A stretch of DNA of 64,000 bases from a virus, in the IMG/VR virus record IMGVR_UViG_3300042197_002243; one strand, given 5' to 3'. Positions 46,041 through 56,492 of the stretch are shown here, piece by piece. The first letter of the stretch is position 1, and each line of letters opens with the position of its first letter. The position numbers were made by a program, and so were the translations under genes. Below the pieces are notes generated by a model, which was given only the letters and a program-made list of their open reading frames with translations, was not told the origin of the DNA and made no database searches.

Positions 46041-46090
46041 GTTTTTTTCCGTAAAAATTTTGCTAGAAATATTTATAAAAAAAGGAGACC

Positions 46091-46255
46091 TTACTTTTGG
46101 TCTCCCTTATGAAGCATAACTCTTAAAAAATTAGAAATAAGATCAAGTAAACCATTCTCCTCAAATCTTTTTGTTTTTGCTAACCACTCTGAAGCAGTTA
46201 ACAATAGACCGAGAACAATCGTTACTCCCCAGTTAGTAACTAGGCAAGTAATCAT
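46091..46255 (-). CDS. 54-aa membrane peptide (holin-like)
   Basis: MITCLVTNWGVTIVLGLLLTASEWLAKTKRFEENGLLD...; absent from the ORF track. Confidence 0.55.
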   Translation of the reverse strand: MITCLVTNWGVTIVLGLLLTASEWLAKTKRFEENGLLDLISNFLRVMLHKGDQK

Positions 46256-46425
46256 TTCTGTGGTGTGAATAACTTATCTTTAACTAATGCAAATACAACA
46301 TCATCAATCGAGTTATCTGTCGTTCTTACATACTTTGCAAGAAGGTCTACAACCAATTGCTTTACAGCAGGATGTGTTGCAATTGAAATCAGAAGTGGTT
46401 TTACAACCGCTACTACTGCGTCCAT
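46252..46425 (-). CDS. 57-aa hypothetical protein
   Basis: VK.LVVDLL.KYV..TDN.IDD; GGAGG SD; absent from the ORF track. Confidence 0.65.
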   Translation of the reverse strand: MDAVVAVVKPLLISIATHPAVKQLVVDLLAKYVRTTDNSIDDVVFALVKDKLFTPQK

Positions 46426-46466
46426 GATGTCCTCCGAATAGAGAGTATCCTGGACTATTTAGAAAA

Positions 46467-47834
46467 TCAATCTCTTGGAGAAGAGTGTAAGTATTCAGAA
46501 GTTTTCTTTTGATAATTAGCAGATGCCTTTTGTGCTGCTGCCTTTTGTGCTGCAGTTGGTTTTGGTTTCTTTGTCTTTCCAGTCATCAAAGCATCTTTAC
46601 CATATTGTTTTTCAACGCTTTGTCTTACAAGATCAAGTGCTGTTTTATCTGCCTCTGCCAACTTTTTTGCCATCTTTGTAGCAGTGGCAAGTTTAACCTC
46701 CATTCCACGGCCAGGATATCTCTTTTCAAAATCTTTGAGACTCATTGATGTTGCAATTTCTTCTCTTTTTCTTTTCTCTGCAGGAGTCAAAGTTTTTTCA
46801 TCAAGTTCAACTTCTTCATTTGCCTTTTTCATTTTTTTTTCTTTTTCAATAGCAACCGAAGTTTTTTTCATAGGTTGAGCAGGATAATAAGTTCTACCTG
46901 GAACTGCTTTACTTACAATTTCACCAGTCTCAGCATCTCTATGCATACCCTCATCAACTTGATACTCTTCACCTACAGGATCACCAGATCTAGATTTCCA
47001 GCTTCCACCATACTCTTTACTCATCTGCTTCTTAAATCCTTTTACAGCAGTTTTTCGTACAGATGCTTTGGGATGATCTGAAACATTCTGCAATGGACTT
47101 CTTCCGCTTGGTGTTTCACCGTGCTCTGGATCTACAAAAGCTTCATCAAATTTCTTTCTTACTGCAGAAACCATATCTTTGTGCGCCTTCGTCTTCATCA
47201 TCTCTTTGCGTGCTTTTTCATTTGCTTCTGCACGCTTCTTCATATCAGTCTCTAGATGTGAAGACTCACCAAGTTCTCCAAGTGCTTTATCAATTTCAAC
47301 AGTCTCAAGAAGAACTCCACCGAGTTCTTCCACCGCTTCTTTAAAATCTGGATTAATTACAATCTTGTTGTTTATATTTTTCTTTTCTTTGATTTGCTTA
47401 TGCTCATTATCCTTCTCAATTTTATCCATTACTTCAGCAAGATCTTGTCTCCAGTTAGAGAATGATTCTTTACGGGTTGCAATCGCTTTACCAATTGCCT
47501 TACGACGTTTATGAAGATACTTATCAGACTTATCTGTATCACCATCATTATCAATATCTGCATCCTCATGACCTACAGGATCCAGTGCTTCTCTTGCCAT
47601 ACCAGGAATATACTTTCCTTTCGTTTTCTTATCGACGTAAGAAATTTGGTGCCCCAGATACTTTCCATAATTCTTACCCTCGCTTGGGGGAAGTTTTTTA
47701 GTCAAGGTATCACCCGCTCTTCTTTCTGCAGAAGCAGCCTTTCTCATTTCAGTATCTTGTCCCCTTACAGCTTCCTGAACTGCAACTTTCTCCAAATACA
47801 CCTTGGAGATATCATTTAAAATATTTTGAGACAT
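46467..47834 (-). CDS. Low-complexity charged late protein (possible internal head protein)
   Basis: Modular K/E-rich segments and DIDNDGD.D.SDKYL motif; late-promoter-like ATAAATA upstream. Confidence 0.6.
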   Translation of the reverse strand: MSQNILNDISKVYLEKVAVQEAVRGQDTEMRKAASAERRAGDTLTKKLPPSEGKNYGKYLGHQISYVDKKTKGKYIPGMAREALDPVGHEDADIDNDGDTDKSDKYLHKRRKAIGKAIATRKESFSNWRQDLAEVMDKIEKDNEHKQIKEKKNINNKIVINPDFKEAVEELGGVLLETVEIDKALGELGESSHLETDMKKRAEANEKARKEMMKTKAHKDMVSAVRKKFDEAFVDPEHGETPSGRSPLQNVSDHPKASVRKTAVKGFKKQMSKEYGGSWKSRSGDPVGEEYQVDEGMHRDAETGEIVSKAVPGRTYYPAQPMKKTSVAIEKEKKMKKANEEVELDEKTLTPAEKRKREEIATSMSLKDFEKRYPGRGMEVKLATATKMAKKLAEADKTALDLVRQSVEKQYGKDALMTGKTKKPKPTAAQKAAAQKASANYQKKTSEYLHSSPRD

Positions 47835-47845
47835 CTTAATAAAAA

Positions 47846-49108
47846 TTACTTTTTCCTGTACTTATTTATAAAATTAATCCCATAGGACTTTCCACCATAC
47901 TGAAGATTTTCTTTTCCAACATCTAAAGATCCTGGAGTCATCTTTGCCGCTGTTTTAAAGTAACCAGTGGTTCCAATTAGTGTGTTTGGTTTCTTTGGAG
48001 TTCTCATTTGCTTATCCATCTTCACTTCAGTATATTCCATTAAATCTTTAATCCAAGACTTAAACATCCAACCTTCTTTGGTTACACAGATTAGATGATT
48101 AGCACCGCGACGCATTACTTCGCCAACCAAACCAGTGTTTAAATTTTCTACAAGATCTCCAAGTCTAAAAATCTTTTTGGTTATATAATTTTCACGGAGA
48201 TTCCACATATCAAACTTAGGTGCAATCTCCCAAAGATTATATGACTCTTTTGCAGATACTCTCATAGATTTGCGGAGAGCATTAAAAAGATTTTTTGTTT
48301 CTTCTGGACCTAAAGATTTTGGAATACCAGATTTAAAAGTTTCAAAATCATTATCTGCCGCTGCCTTTCTCATTTTAGATGCTGACATTCCTTCTACACC
48401 TTCAGCATCAGCATCGCGTTCACCTGCAGATACAACATTGATCATGTCAAAGGTATAAAGATCTCCATTATACTTATTAGCTAAGTTTTTAAATTCTCCC
48501 AAACGATCTGCACCGACAACAATAGTTATATCAGTAAATCCATCTTCATCAGCAACTTTTAGAACATCAAAGATTGATTTCATGTTATCATCATCAATAA
48601 TATTCTCCTCATATTTGGGGAACATTTTTTTCATGTATTCAATCTTAGTTGAAGGATCTAATGGATTCTTCTTTGCATCTTGTGTTCTTGATGGATAAAC
48701 TCTTAACTCAGATCCTGCAGAAATGTTTGATGCAGAATCAAGAAGTTTTTTATGTCCCGTTGTTGGTGGATTGAAGCGACCAAATACAACTGTTACACCT
48801 TTACCCTCTTCATCACCACGAAGAACTTCTGCTTCTTTTCTTTGTGGTTCTTGTTCTTGTGGTTTTGTTGCTGCTTGTGTTGCCGCAACTTGCTGATTTG
48901 CTTTGGTTCTTTGCTGAGGAATATCTCTTTGTCCAGTTCTCTGCCCTTGATTATAAAACTTTAGTTCCCCCCCTTCAGTTTTCGCAACAAATTCTCCCTG
49001 GGGATTGTACCAACCACCGTGGCCATCGCCCTTGAGCCCCATGCGTCGTGCCTGCATTGACGCTTGAGATTCTTTTGCTTCGGATATAAATCGGAAAAAT
49101 TCTTTCAT
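47846..49108 (-). CDS. Cytidylyltransferase-like nucleotidyltransferase
   Basis: FGRFNPPTTGH, KNPL, VVG.DR and SASKMR motifs. Confidence 0.85.
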   Translation of the reverse strand: MKEFFRFISEAKESQASMQARRMGLKGDGHGGWYNPQGEFVAKTEGGELKFYNQGQRTGQRDIPQQRTKANQQVAATQAATKPQEQEPQRKEAEVLRGDEEGKGVTVVFGRFNPPTTGHKKLLDSASNISAGSELRVYPSRTQDAKKNPLDPSTKIEYMKKMFPKYEENIIDDDNMKSIFDVLKVADEDGFTDITIVVGADRLGEFKNLANKYNGDLYTFDMINVVSAGERDADAEGVEGMSASKMRKAAADNDFETFKSGIPKSLGPEETKNLFNALRKSMRVSAKESYNLWEIAPKFDMWNLRENYITKKIFRLGDLVENLNTGLVGEVMRRGANHLICVTKEGWMFKSWIKDLMEYTEVKMDKQMRTPKKPNTLIGTTGYFKTAAKMTPGSLDVGKENLQYGGKSYGINFINKYRKK

Positions 49109-49133
49109 ATTTATCTTAATATAATCTTATTTA

Positions 49134-50039
49134 TTACCAAGGATCACCAGACATTTTTAAACTGCTTGCGAGTTTTTCTGATTCATATTTGAATCTCATC
49201 TTGAGTATTTTTTTAGATCCTGCTTTGACACCAACAGAATCATTACCCACTTCTTCAAATGTTATTCTCTCATTGAGAATCGCTTTTAATTTTGGATTAT
49301 TTAGTGGATCTTCAACGGAAGCAGAATATGGATCCTTTGTTCCCCTTCCAGTAACTTTAACATATGGTGGATACAACTCTTCACTAGCATCAATCCAACT
49401 TTTAATAATATAATCTCTTCTTTCTTCTGGTTTTAATGTATTGAGTTTTTTAAGAAGAACATTTCTACAATCACTTAAAACCTTTGAACCCAATCTATCA
49501 GTTTGCATCTGAATTGCTTTATTCTTTCTAATCTCATTTTTTCTTGCTGATGCAGAAGCAGGTAATTTAAATTGTTTTACAATATTGTCCTGTTCCTTTT
49601 TATTAATATCGTTTAACTTTAATCCTAAATCTTTATCAACAGTTCCGACTCCAGGGTTTTTAAATCCAATATCACCCTTCCCCTTTGTTGATTTTGCAGA
49701 CAGTCCAAGATATCCACCTTTTTTAAATTTAACTAAAACATCTGTTGGATTTTTTCTTTGATCTACATCCACACCAACAACTGCCTTAAAAGAAAATCCC
49801 GGTCTAGCAGTCCAATACGTCTCTTGAATACCAGAGTAACCATTTCTTTTTGCCCATGTCAAAAATTCATCGACCATAGCAATTGCTCTACCAATCTGTT
49901 GATTGGCCTGCTCCTCAGTAATCATATTCAGTTTTTTATTATATTGTGATTCGGATGCGGAATCTGGAAATTCATTTCCATTTAATGCATATGCACAATA
50001 TATTTCATTAACATCTGCTAGGTCTGTATTTCTAGACAT
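49134..50039 (-). CDS. Hypothetical protein, possible PD-(D/E)XK nuclease
   Basis: NE, PTDVLV and GLSAK spacing resembles a restriction-endonuclease fold. Confidence 0.5.
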   Translation of the reverse strand: MSRNTDLADVNEIYCAYALNGNEFPDSASESQYNKKLNMITEEQANQQIGRAIAMVDEFLTWAKRNGYSGIQETYWTARPGFSFKAVVGVDVDQRKNPTDVLVKFKKGGYLGLSAKSTKGKGDIGFKNPGVGTVDKDLGLKLNDINKKEQDNIVKQFKLPASASARKNEIRKNKAIQMQTDRLGSKVLSDCRNVLLKKLNTLKPEERRDYIIKSWIDASEELYPPYVKVTGRGTKDPYSASVEDPLNNPKLKAILNERITFEEVGNDSVGVKAGSKKILKMRFKYESEKLASSLKMSGDPW

Positions 50040-50057
50040 TCGTTTTTGAAATATTTA

Positions 50058-50130
50058 TGGAGATAAGGAGACTCGAACTCCTGACATCCTGCTTGCAAAG
50101 CAGGCGCTCTACCAACTGAGCTATATCCCC
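50058..50130 (-). tRNA. tRNA-Ala(UGC)
   Basis: Cloverleaf; anticodon loop TTTGCAA; G3:U70 pair. Confidence 0.95.
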
Positions 50131-50154
50131 AGGAAACCCCGAAGGGTAATTTAT

Positions 50155-50568
50155 TTATAGGTCGCCTTTGACTCGATTTTCAGAACGATAAACATCAAAC
50201 GCACCCTCAGGGTAACGAGCACTCAGTTTCTCAAAGTTCATTTGCAGAACTTCCTCAAAGTTAGTATCAAGAGCCATACATGCTTGTGCCAGATACCAAC
50301 AGATATCTCCAAGTTCCCGCTTTAGGTGAAAAACATTTTCTTCGTTGTAAGGTTTTCCTTGAAGGAAAATCTTTTTAACTACTTCAGTAAACTCACCCGC
50401 TTCTGCAGTTATACCAAGAGCTGCGGTAAGAAGACGAGGAACATCAGCATCAAATTCAACTTCAAGTTGAGACAAACGAGAAACTAAATCTGCATAGTTG
50501 CTACTTGCAGGACTTGTGGTTTGACGAACGAATTCAATATACTTGTTTGTATCAATAACTTTAGACAT
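50155..50568 (-). CDS. mazG: MazG nucleotide pyrophosphohydrolase
   Basis: EAGEFTEVVKK, ELGDI.WY and N..KL..RYP motifs. Confidence 0.92.
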   Translation of the reverse strand: MSKVIDTNKYIEFVRQTTSPASSNYADLVSRLSQLEVEFDADVPRLLTAALGITAEAGEFTEVVKKIFLQGKPYNEENVFHLKRELGDICWYLAQACMALDTNFEEVLQMNFEKLSARYPEGAFDVYRSENRVKGDL

Positions 50569-51944
50569 CAGAATTTAAATCCTTCAAATGATTTTTTTGG
50601 TTTCTTTTCTTCGTAATCATACTCCTCTTCTTTCTTATTGTCAAGGATATCATCTTGAGCAGATTGTTCACAATCATAAAGACGCATTTTAGCACGATCA
50701 ATTCCAATCACAAAACGTTTATGAATAGTAGGATCATTATAACGATTCTTTAATTGCTTTACAAGAATTTGTCCAAGTCCCTCAAGTTCTTCCGTACTAA
50801 TCAATGCAAACATAAGGTCTGCGGTAGCAGGAAGACCAAAGGATTCGGAAGTATCAGTAAGTTCAACGTCAGAGCTTCCATAACCAGAACGAGTGGTTTG
50901 AGTAGCAGAGACAATCGGAACGTTAAATTCTACTGCAAGTCCTCTAAGTTCCTCAGCAATTGCCTTGATATACGAATAAGAGTTAACGGAAAGGTTTCCC
51001 TTATACCGTGAAGAGGCACAAATATTCAAATAGTCGATAAAGATAATGTCCGGTTTAAATGATTTCTTAAGGGCGAGTTCATTAAGAAGTGATTTAAAAT
51101 GACCGCTATGTGCTGATGCAGTCGGATACTCTTTAATGATAAGAGTACCTTGAGTTTTCTTTGCAAGATTGGTTACTTTATTTTCAAAGATTTGTCTCGG
51201 CAATTCCGAAATTTCTTGGATGGGAACGTTAAGGAGATTTGCATCAACTCGTTCTGCAATTCGCTCCTCAGCCATTTCAAGAGTGATATAGAGAACATTT
51301 TTTCCTTGCAGTAAGATGGAAGCAGCCACATGGCACATGAATAAAGATTTGCCGACACCCGTACCAGCAAGAGCGATGTTGAGAGTCTTACTAGGCAAAC
51401 CACCTTTTGTAATCTTGTTAAAGAACTCAAGATCGAATTCAAGTTTTTCTTCCTTCTTGTGATATGACTCGTAACGTTGCTCATAGTCTTCTAAGTAATC
51501 GTGACCTACATGATTATCAAAAGAAACTGCTAAAGCATCAGACAGAATACTGGGAATACTATCACGATTCTTTTTTTCATCTTTGCCGTCAGCAATATGA
51601 ATTGACTCCATTAGAGCCAAGTAAATTGCACGATCACGACACCACTTTTCAGTAGTATCAACAATCCAATTTAATTCAATAGGAACATCATTAAGATTAT
51701 CAATCAAATGAACAATCTCTTTAAATGAAGTATCGGTAATGTCTTTACGATTTTCTACTTCGATACAAAGAATTTCCTTTGTTGCAAGTTTATTATATTC
51801 TTGCACAAAGGAAACAATCTCTTCGAATACAATCTTTTGGTTTGCATCTTCAAAATATTCAGATTTGATGAACGGTAAAACTTTTCTTAAATACTCCTCA
51901 TTGTATAATAAATTTCTAAGAATTAGAAATTCAACTTGCTCCAT
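50568..51944 (-). CDS. gp41: Replicative DNA helicase
   Basis: AGTGVGKS, LEMAEE, IDYLNI, ATQTTR and SESFGLP motifs. Confidence 0.97.
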   Translation of the reverse strand: MEQVEFLILRNLLYNEEYLRKVLPFIKSEYFEDANQKIVFEEIVSFVQEYNKLATKEILCIEVENRKDITDTSFKEIVHLIDNLNDVPIELNWIVDTTEKWCRDRAIYLALMESIHIADGKDEKKNRDSIPSILSDALAVSFDNHVGHDYLEDYEQRYESYHKKEEKLEFDLEFFNKITKGGLPSKTLNIALAGTGVGKSLFMCHVAASILLQGKNVLYITLEMAEERIAERVDANLLNVPIQEISELPRQIFENKVTNLAKKTQGTLIIKEYPTASAHSGHFKSLLNELALKKSFKPDIIFIDYLNICASSRYKGNLSVNSYSYIKAIAEELRGLAVEFNVPIVSATQTTRSGYGSSDVELTDTSESFGLPATADLMFALISTEELEGLGQILVKQLKNRYNDPTIHKRFVIGIDRAKMRLYDCEQSAQDDILDNKKEEEYDYEEKKPKKSFEGFKF

Positions 51945-52941
51945 AACTAAATTCCTTTTGTGCAATTTCGTCTAATTGTTGCATCACTTCTTCAGTGAAA
52001 TATTGATCAGGATTCTTCAGAATCTCTTTCGCATAAATTTTCTTACCATTAATCTCATAACGTCCAGCAACATTCTTCCAGAGTCCACCGAGTTCCCCGA
52101 GTTCTAAAAGACCATAGTAGCGATCAAGACCGCGCTCATCATAAAATAGACGAATTTCAACGTCTTTATTTTCCTTACTCAAACGCGACTTAGCAGTCTT
52201 AGCTTTGATAATATTACCGACCACTTCTGTTCCATCCTTCTCTTTCTTTTTGCTGAGATAGATGATCGTAGATGCTGCATATTTGAGTCCAGAACCTCCG
52301 CCCATTTCTTTCGTTGGTACGTAAGCTCCGATGACATCGTATGTGTGATTTGTGACAATAAGTGGAACATTTGCTTGACCTAATTTGAGTGTGAGCATTC
52401 GGAATGCACCCTTGACAAGTTGAGATTTGGTCATGTCACGAACCTGTTTGTCATTCAGTGCATCAGTAATTTCTTTCTCCGTAGAAAGCATACCCAAAGA
52501 GTCTAACACAAAAATGCAAGGTTTGCGTTCTTCTACAGGTTTTTTTGAGTAAATATCAACTGCCTTAAGTGCTTTACTACGAAACTCTTCAATTGTCACT
52601 ACATTTACAACAACTGTTCGAGCAGTATCAACACCACGAGATTCTAAGAGTGACTTGGTAATAGCAGCTTCAGTATCAAAGTAGAGACAGTAACCATCGG
52701 GATGAGTATCAAGAAAATTCTTAACCACAGCGAGAGAGAAAAAAGTCTTTCCAGTAGAAGACTCTCCAGCAATAGCAGTAATCTTATTCCCAGATACACC
52801 ACCAAATATACTACCTGAAACCAGTGCATTAAAAACATATGAACCCGTATCCACATATGTTTCAGTTTCGTCAATATCTGATGCTAACTTGGTGTAATCA
52901 TCACCAATTTCTTTTACAATATCCTTTAAAAAGTCCATCAC
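51931..52941 (-). CDS. uvsX: RecA-like recombinase
   Basis: GESSTGKT, FDTE, LDSLG and MGGGSG..YAAS motifs. Confidence 0.95.
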   Translation of the reverse strand: MMDFLKDIVKEIGDDYTKLASDIDETETYVDTGSYVFNALVSGSIFGGVSGNKITAIAGESSTGKTFFSLAVVKNFLDTHPDGYCLYFDTEAAITKSLLESRGVDTARTVVVNVVTIEEFRSKALKAVDIYSKKPVEERKPCIFVLDSLGMLSTEKEITDALNDKQVRDMTKSQLVKGAFRMLTLKLGQANVPLIVTNHTYDVIGAYVPTKEMGGGSGLKYAASTIIYLSKKKEKDGTEVVGNIIKAKTAKSRLSKENKDVEIRLFYDERGLDRYYGLLELGELGGLWKNVAGRYEINGKKIYAKEILKNPDQYFTEEVMQQLDEIAQKEFSYGAS

Positions 52942-53065
52942 TTATTTCCAATAAAAACATAATCTGGATTTTGAAATTTAAACATTTCTACTGCTTCTTT
53001 AGTTTTAAAAAATTTAAAGAGTATTGTGTTTGGAAACTCTTTGATATAATAATTCAGTTTAATCA

Positions 53066-53230
53066 TCATGCCACCATCCCGTATTGTTCACGTAAAATTT
53101 TCTTATAAGGTAAACCTTGTTCTTTAAGTTCTTTAACTAGTTTCAGTTTATGATACAGAGCAGAATCTCCACCAAAACTAAGTGCTTTTACAATTGTATT
53201 CAGTTCTTCGTCATTAATAGGTAAATCCAT
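53066..53230 (-). CDS. 54-aa hypothetical protein (MDLPINDEELNTIV...)
   Basis: TAATG coupling to the gp43 stop; absent from the ORF track. Confidence 0.65.
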   Translation of the reverse strand: MDLPINDEELNTIVKALSFGGDSALYHKLKLVKELKEQGLPYKKILREQYGMVA

Positions 53231-55725
53231 TAGGCAAAAAATGATTCAAGGTTTACAGTTTTTTCTACATTCCAACCAATCGCATCTAGGATTGATTTCA
53301 GTGGTTCAAGAAATGCTTTCTCAAATTGTAGGTCATGATCCACATATTTGTCAAGACCCAGTTCTTTGGGAAAGTCTTGAATAAAAGAAATAATATTTTC
53401 TTGAATGGTATTCGGTTTTTTCAAATATACAAACTTAATCTTTTCACCATTTCCAATCAAAGAATACTTATTCGTAAGTTTTTTCTGTTTGACATAATGA
53501 TTGAACAGTAAAGCTCCGCGCACATGAATGGGTGTGCCCTTACTATAAATTTCTGATGAAGAATGATATTTTTGAACATCAGATGCTGTTCTTGGAAAGG
53601 CAATATCTTCTGGACGAAGCGATCTAAACTGTTCACGACACTTATCAATAAAATTAATCACATCATCTTCACTACCAGTCATCATGATCTTAAGAGCATC
53701 TTTGATCATTTTACGACAAGGAGCAGGAGTGGAGGATTTGACTGCTTCAATTCCCATGATCTTAAGTTTGGGTTCAGAATATGCAACACCTTCACTGTTC
53801 CACACATTCAGAATGTAACGTTTCTTTGCAGTCCAGATTCCACGATCTGCAATATTCTCACGCTTCATCTGCATCTTCTGATCATAGGCATTCACATAGT
53901 CAGCCAATTCTTGGTAAGAACCTTCAATATACTTTTCAAGTTCCATTTCACAGATCTTGTCAAGGAACGAAACAATGCTTTGAGTAGTTTTCTCTCTTCC
54001 TTTGAATACACATTCAACCAAAGGACCCATGTTAAGGTAGATAGAATCAGTATCTGAAGCAATAACATAATCAACATCATTTGTCTTGAGAATTTTATTG
54101 AGATAAGAATTCATCTTTCCTTCAATCCAGCGAATACTGACTTGTCCAGAAAGAGTAATTGCCTCTGCATTGGCTAATTTATAGTAGCGGAAATACTGAT
54201 TGCCGATAGCACCATAAGCAGAGTTAAGAGAAATCTTTTTTGCCATCTGGATGTTGTTGCATCTTGCAATTTCCTTTTCCAATTCTTTCGTCGGAGTTTT
54301 TTCATACTTCTTTTTTGCCTCAATCATTTTCTTTTTGAAAATAACTCGTTCGTTATACATCTTCTCCATAAGTTCTGGCAGAAATCCACGAACATCCTTA
54401 CGGAACATTGCTCCGTTGGCACAAACTGCCTGGTCTTTATAGAGTTCAAAATTAATTTCTTGATTTAAGATCTTTTCAACAGTTGCAGTGGGATGTCTTT
54501 CGTCCAGGAGGGTTTCTGGCGAAATGTTGTACTGCATAATAAGATGGGGATAAAGAGAATTGAGATCAAAGTTGACCACCCAATCATATACCCCAGGATT
54601 CGGTTCCTTAACATATGCCCCCGCATACTTAGTGTCTTTTGCTGTACGTTCTTTAGGGGGAATAACAATATTCCTCTTCTTTAGATAGTTATAGATGATG
54701 TTGTCCCACATGCGAACTTGATAGAAAACATCACCAAAGTTTACTTTCGCATCGAAAGCCATAGTGAGAGCAAGTTCAATGAGTTTCATCTTATCTTCCA
54801 AACGGTCAACAAGTTCCACGTCAACGATGTTGTACTCTACAAACTTTTGCCAACCTTTGCTATAGAAATCTTTGAATGTATCAAACTCTGAGTGGTCAAG
54901 TTTTTTCTGTCCCAGTTCAACTTCAGCAATATGATCTAGGCGATATGATTCTTGGGCTTTATAAGTAAACTTTTTATAGAGATCCAAATAATCAAGTTGA
55001 GTAATACCACCGACATCAAAATAAACCTGCTTTCTACCGCTTACATAAATCTCGTTTTCTGTATTCAGTCCCCAAGGAGACATGCGTTTCATTTGCTTCT
55101 CACCCAAAACTCTGTTGAGTCTTCGGCAAATGTATGGAATATCGTAAAGTTGCACGTTCCATCCAGTAATCACATCTGGATGATTATGATCCCACCACTC
55201 AATAAAAGTTTGTAGTAGATTATATTCATCACCACATTCATAGTAAGTGACATTATCTTGTTTATTTTTAAACGGATTTGTTCCCCAAGTAATAATCTTT
55301 TTTGTATTATAATCTTGAATCGTAATCAGAAGAATTTCTTCTGAAGCTGACTCTACGTTTGGAAACCCATTTTCAGATGCAACCTCAATATCCAAACTGT
55401 ACAAACGAATTTTAGAAATATCAAATTTGATTTCGTCTTCTGGATATTTTTCAGAAATGTATTGAGAGACATATCTATCATTTCCATAGATACGAAACCC
55501 ATCTACACCCTCATACTTTTTATAAAACTCTCTACAGTCTCTTACAAATCCAGGTTGAATTGGTTCAACACTTTCTCCTTCAAGAGTTTTATACTTTGAT
55601 TCTTTTTTTGTTGGAATAAAAAGAGTTGGAGTATATTCCTCCTTGAACATTACATAATTTCCATTATCATATGCACGAACTAAAAACTGATTTCCAATTA
55701 ATTGTACGTTTGTGTAAAATTTCAT
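53230..55725 (-). CDS. gp43: Family B DNA polymerase
   Basis: DIE exonuclease motif, DLNSLYP, K..LNSAYG and DTDS; no intein or intron seen. Confidence 0.98.
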   Translation of the reverse strand: MKFYTNVQLIGNQFLVRAYDNGNYVMFKEEYTPTLFIPTKKESKYKTLEGESVEPIQPGFVRDCREFYKKYEGVDGFRIYGNDRYVSQYISEKYPEDEIKFDISKIRLYSLDIEVASENGFPNVESASEEILLITIQDYNTKKIITWGTNPFKNKQDNVTYYECGDEYNLLQTFIEWWDHNHPDVITGWNVQLYDIPYICRRLNRVLGEKQMKRMSPWGLNTENEIYVSGRKQVYFDVGGITQLDYLDLYKKFTYKAQESYRLDHIAEVELGQKKLDHSEFDTFKDFYSKGWQKFVEYNIVDVELVDRLEDKMKLIELALTMAFDAKVNFGDVFYQVRMWDNIIYNYLKKRNIVIPPKERTAKDTKYAGAYVKEPNPGVYDWVVNFDLNSLYPHLIMQYNISPETLLDERHPTATVEKILNQEINFELYKDQAVCANGAMFRKDVRGFLPELMEKMYNERVIFKKKMIEAKKKYEKTPTKELEKEIARCNNIQMAKKISLNSAYGAIGNQYFRYYKLANAEAITLSGQVSIRWIEGKMNSYLNKILKTNDVDYVIASDTDSIYLNMGPLVECVFKGREKTTQSIVSFLDKICEMELEKYIEGSYQELADYVNAYDQKMQMKRENIADRGIWTAKKRYILNVWNSEGVAYSEPKLKIMGIEAVKSSTPAPCRKMIKDALKIMMTGSEDDVINFIDKCREQFRSLRPEDIAFPRTASDVQKYHSSSEIYSKGTPIHVRGALLFNHYVKQKKLTNKYSLIGNGEKIKFVYLKKPNTIQENIISFIQDFPKELGLDKYVDHDLQFEKAFLEPLKSILDAIGWNVEKTVNLESFFA

Positions 55726-55979
55726 TTAGTCAGTTGCTCGTATTTTTCAAGAAGTGTTGGCTTTGGATCAGTAATTGTCAAAATCTTATCAGAATGAATC
55801 ATGAAAACATTTTGGTTTGTTACGTTTACCAACCATGGTTCTAAACTATCACCTCTTACAACAAAGGGATTTGTCAACTTACAATCAGGTTCTCCCATTT
55901 CAGAACCGACTTCTTCTATTTGTGTGATCAAAATTTGATCTTCGGACAAAACTAATAACTTAACCATAATCACATCCAT
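55722..55979 (-). CDS. Conserved hypothetical protein
   Basis: GEPDCKL..P and SDKILTI.DP motifs. Confidence 0.7.
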   Translation of the reverse strand: MDVIMVKLLVLSEDQILITQIEEVGSEMGEPDCKLTNPFVVRGDSLEPWLVNVTNQNVFMIHSDKILTITDPKPTLLEKYEQLTK

Positions 55980-56015
55980 TTACATCCATTCTAACAGAAA
56001 AGAAAAAAAAGTCAA

Positions 56016-56396
56016 TCATAAGAAAAATAAAAATGCCGTTGGAAGTCGTGACAAAAATCTTGCTTCTAACTCTTCGCCTGATGAGTAATCGTTTTCGTGA
56101 AGAAATACAAAAAGTTTCTCACGATCATCCATAAAATGCTTAATTAAAAAGTGATGTAAAGGAGTTGGTAGAATGGTTTTTTTAATTTTTTTCTTATCAT
56201 AAACATAATGAATGTATTCGTGTTGAATGACTTCTGTTTTTGATATGTTGTGCTTTTGAATATTCTCTTCGCAAATCAGTATCTCTTTTGTTCCTACTCG
56301 ATACTGCCCCATAAGGTTCTGATTAACACAATCATTCCCCCCACTCTGGATTGTAAGTCCATTGACCCAGATTAAGAGTGACAAAAGAATGTCCAA
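56016..56396 (-). CDS. Putative zinc metalloprotease-like protein
   Basis: HEYIH (HExxH) and downstream E.EAR. Confidence 0.6.
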   Translation of the reverse strand: MDILLSLLIWVNGLTIQSGGNDCVNQNLMGQYRVGTKEILICEENIQKHNISKTEVIQHEYIHYVYDKKKIKKTILPTPLHHFLIKHFMDDREKLFVFLHENDYSSGEELEARFLSRLPTAFLFFL

Positions 56397-56492
56397 CTCG
56401 TAACATACAGGTTTTGTTTATTTATACAAAAAAGAGGGGAAATGACTGGATTGTGCCAGTCTCCCCTCTGCGCCGACGATATTCAATTCTAT

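Noticed and set aside
40057-55725. Introns or inteins in nrdA, nrdB, gp41, gp43
   Set aside because: All are continuous ORFs of normal length with no splicing motifs.
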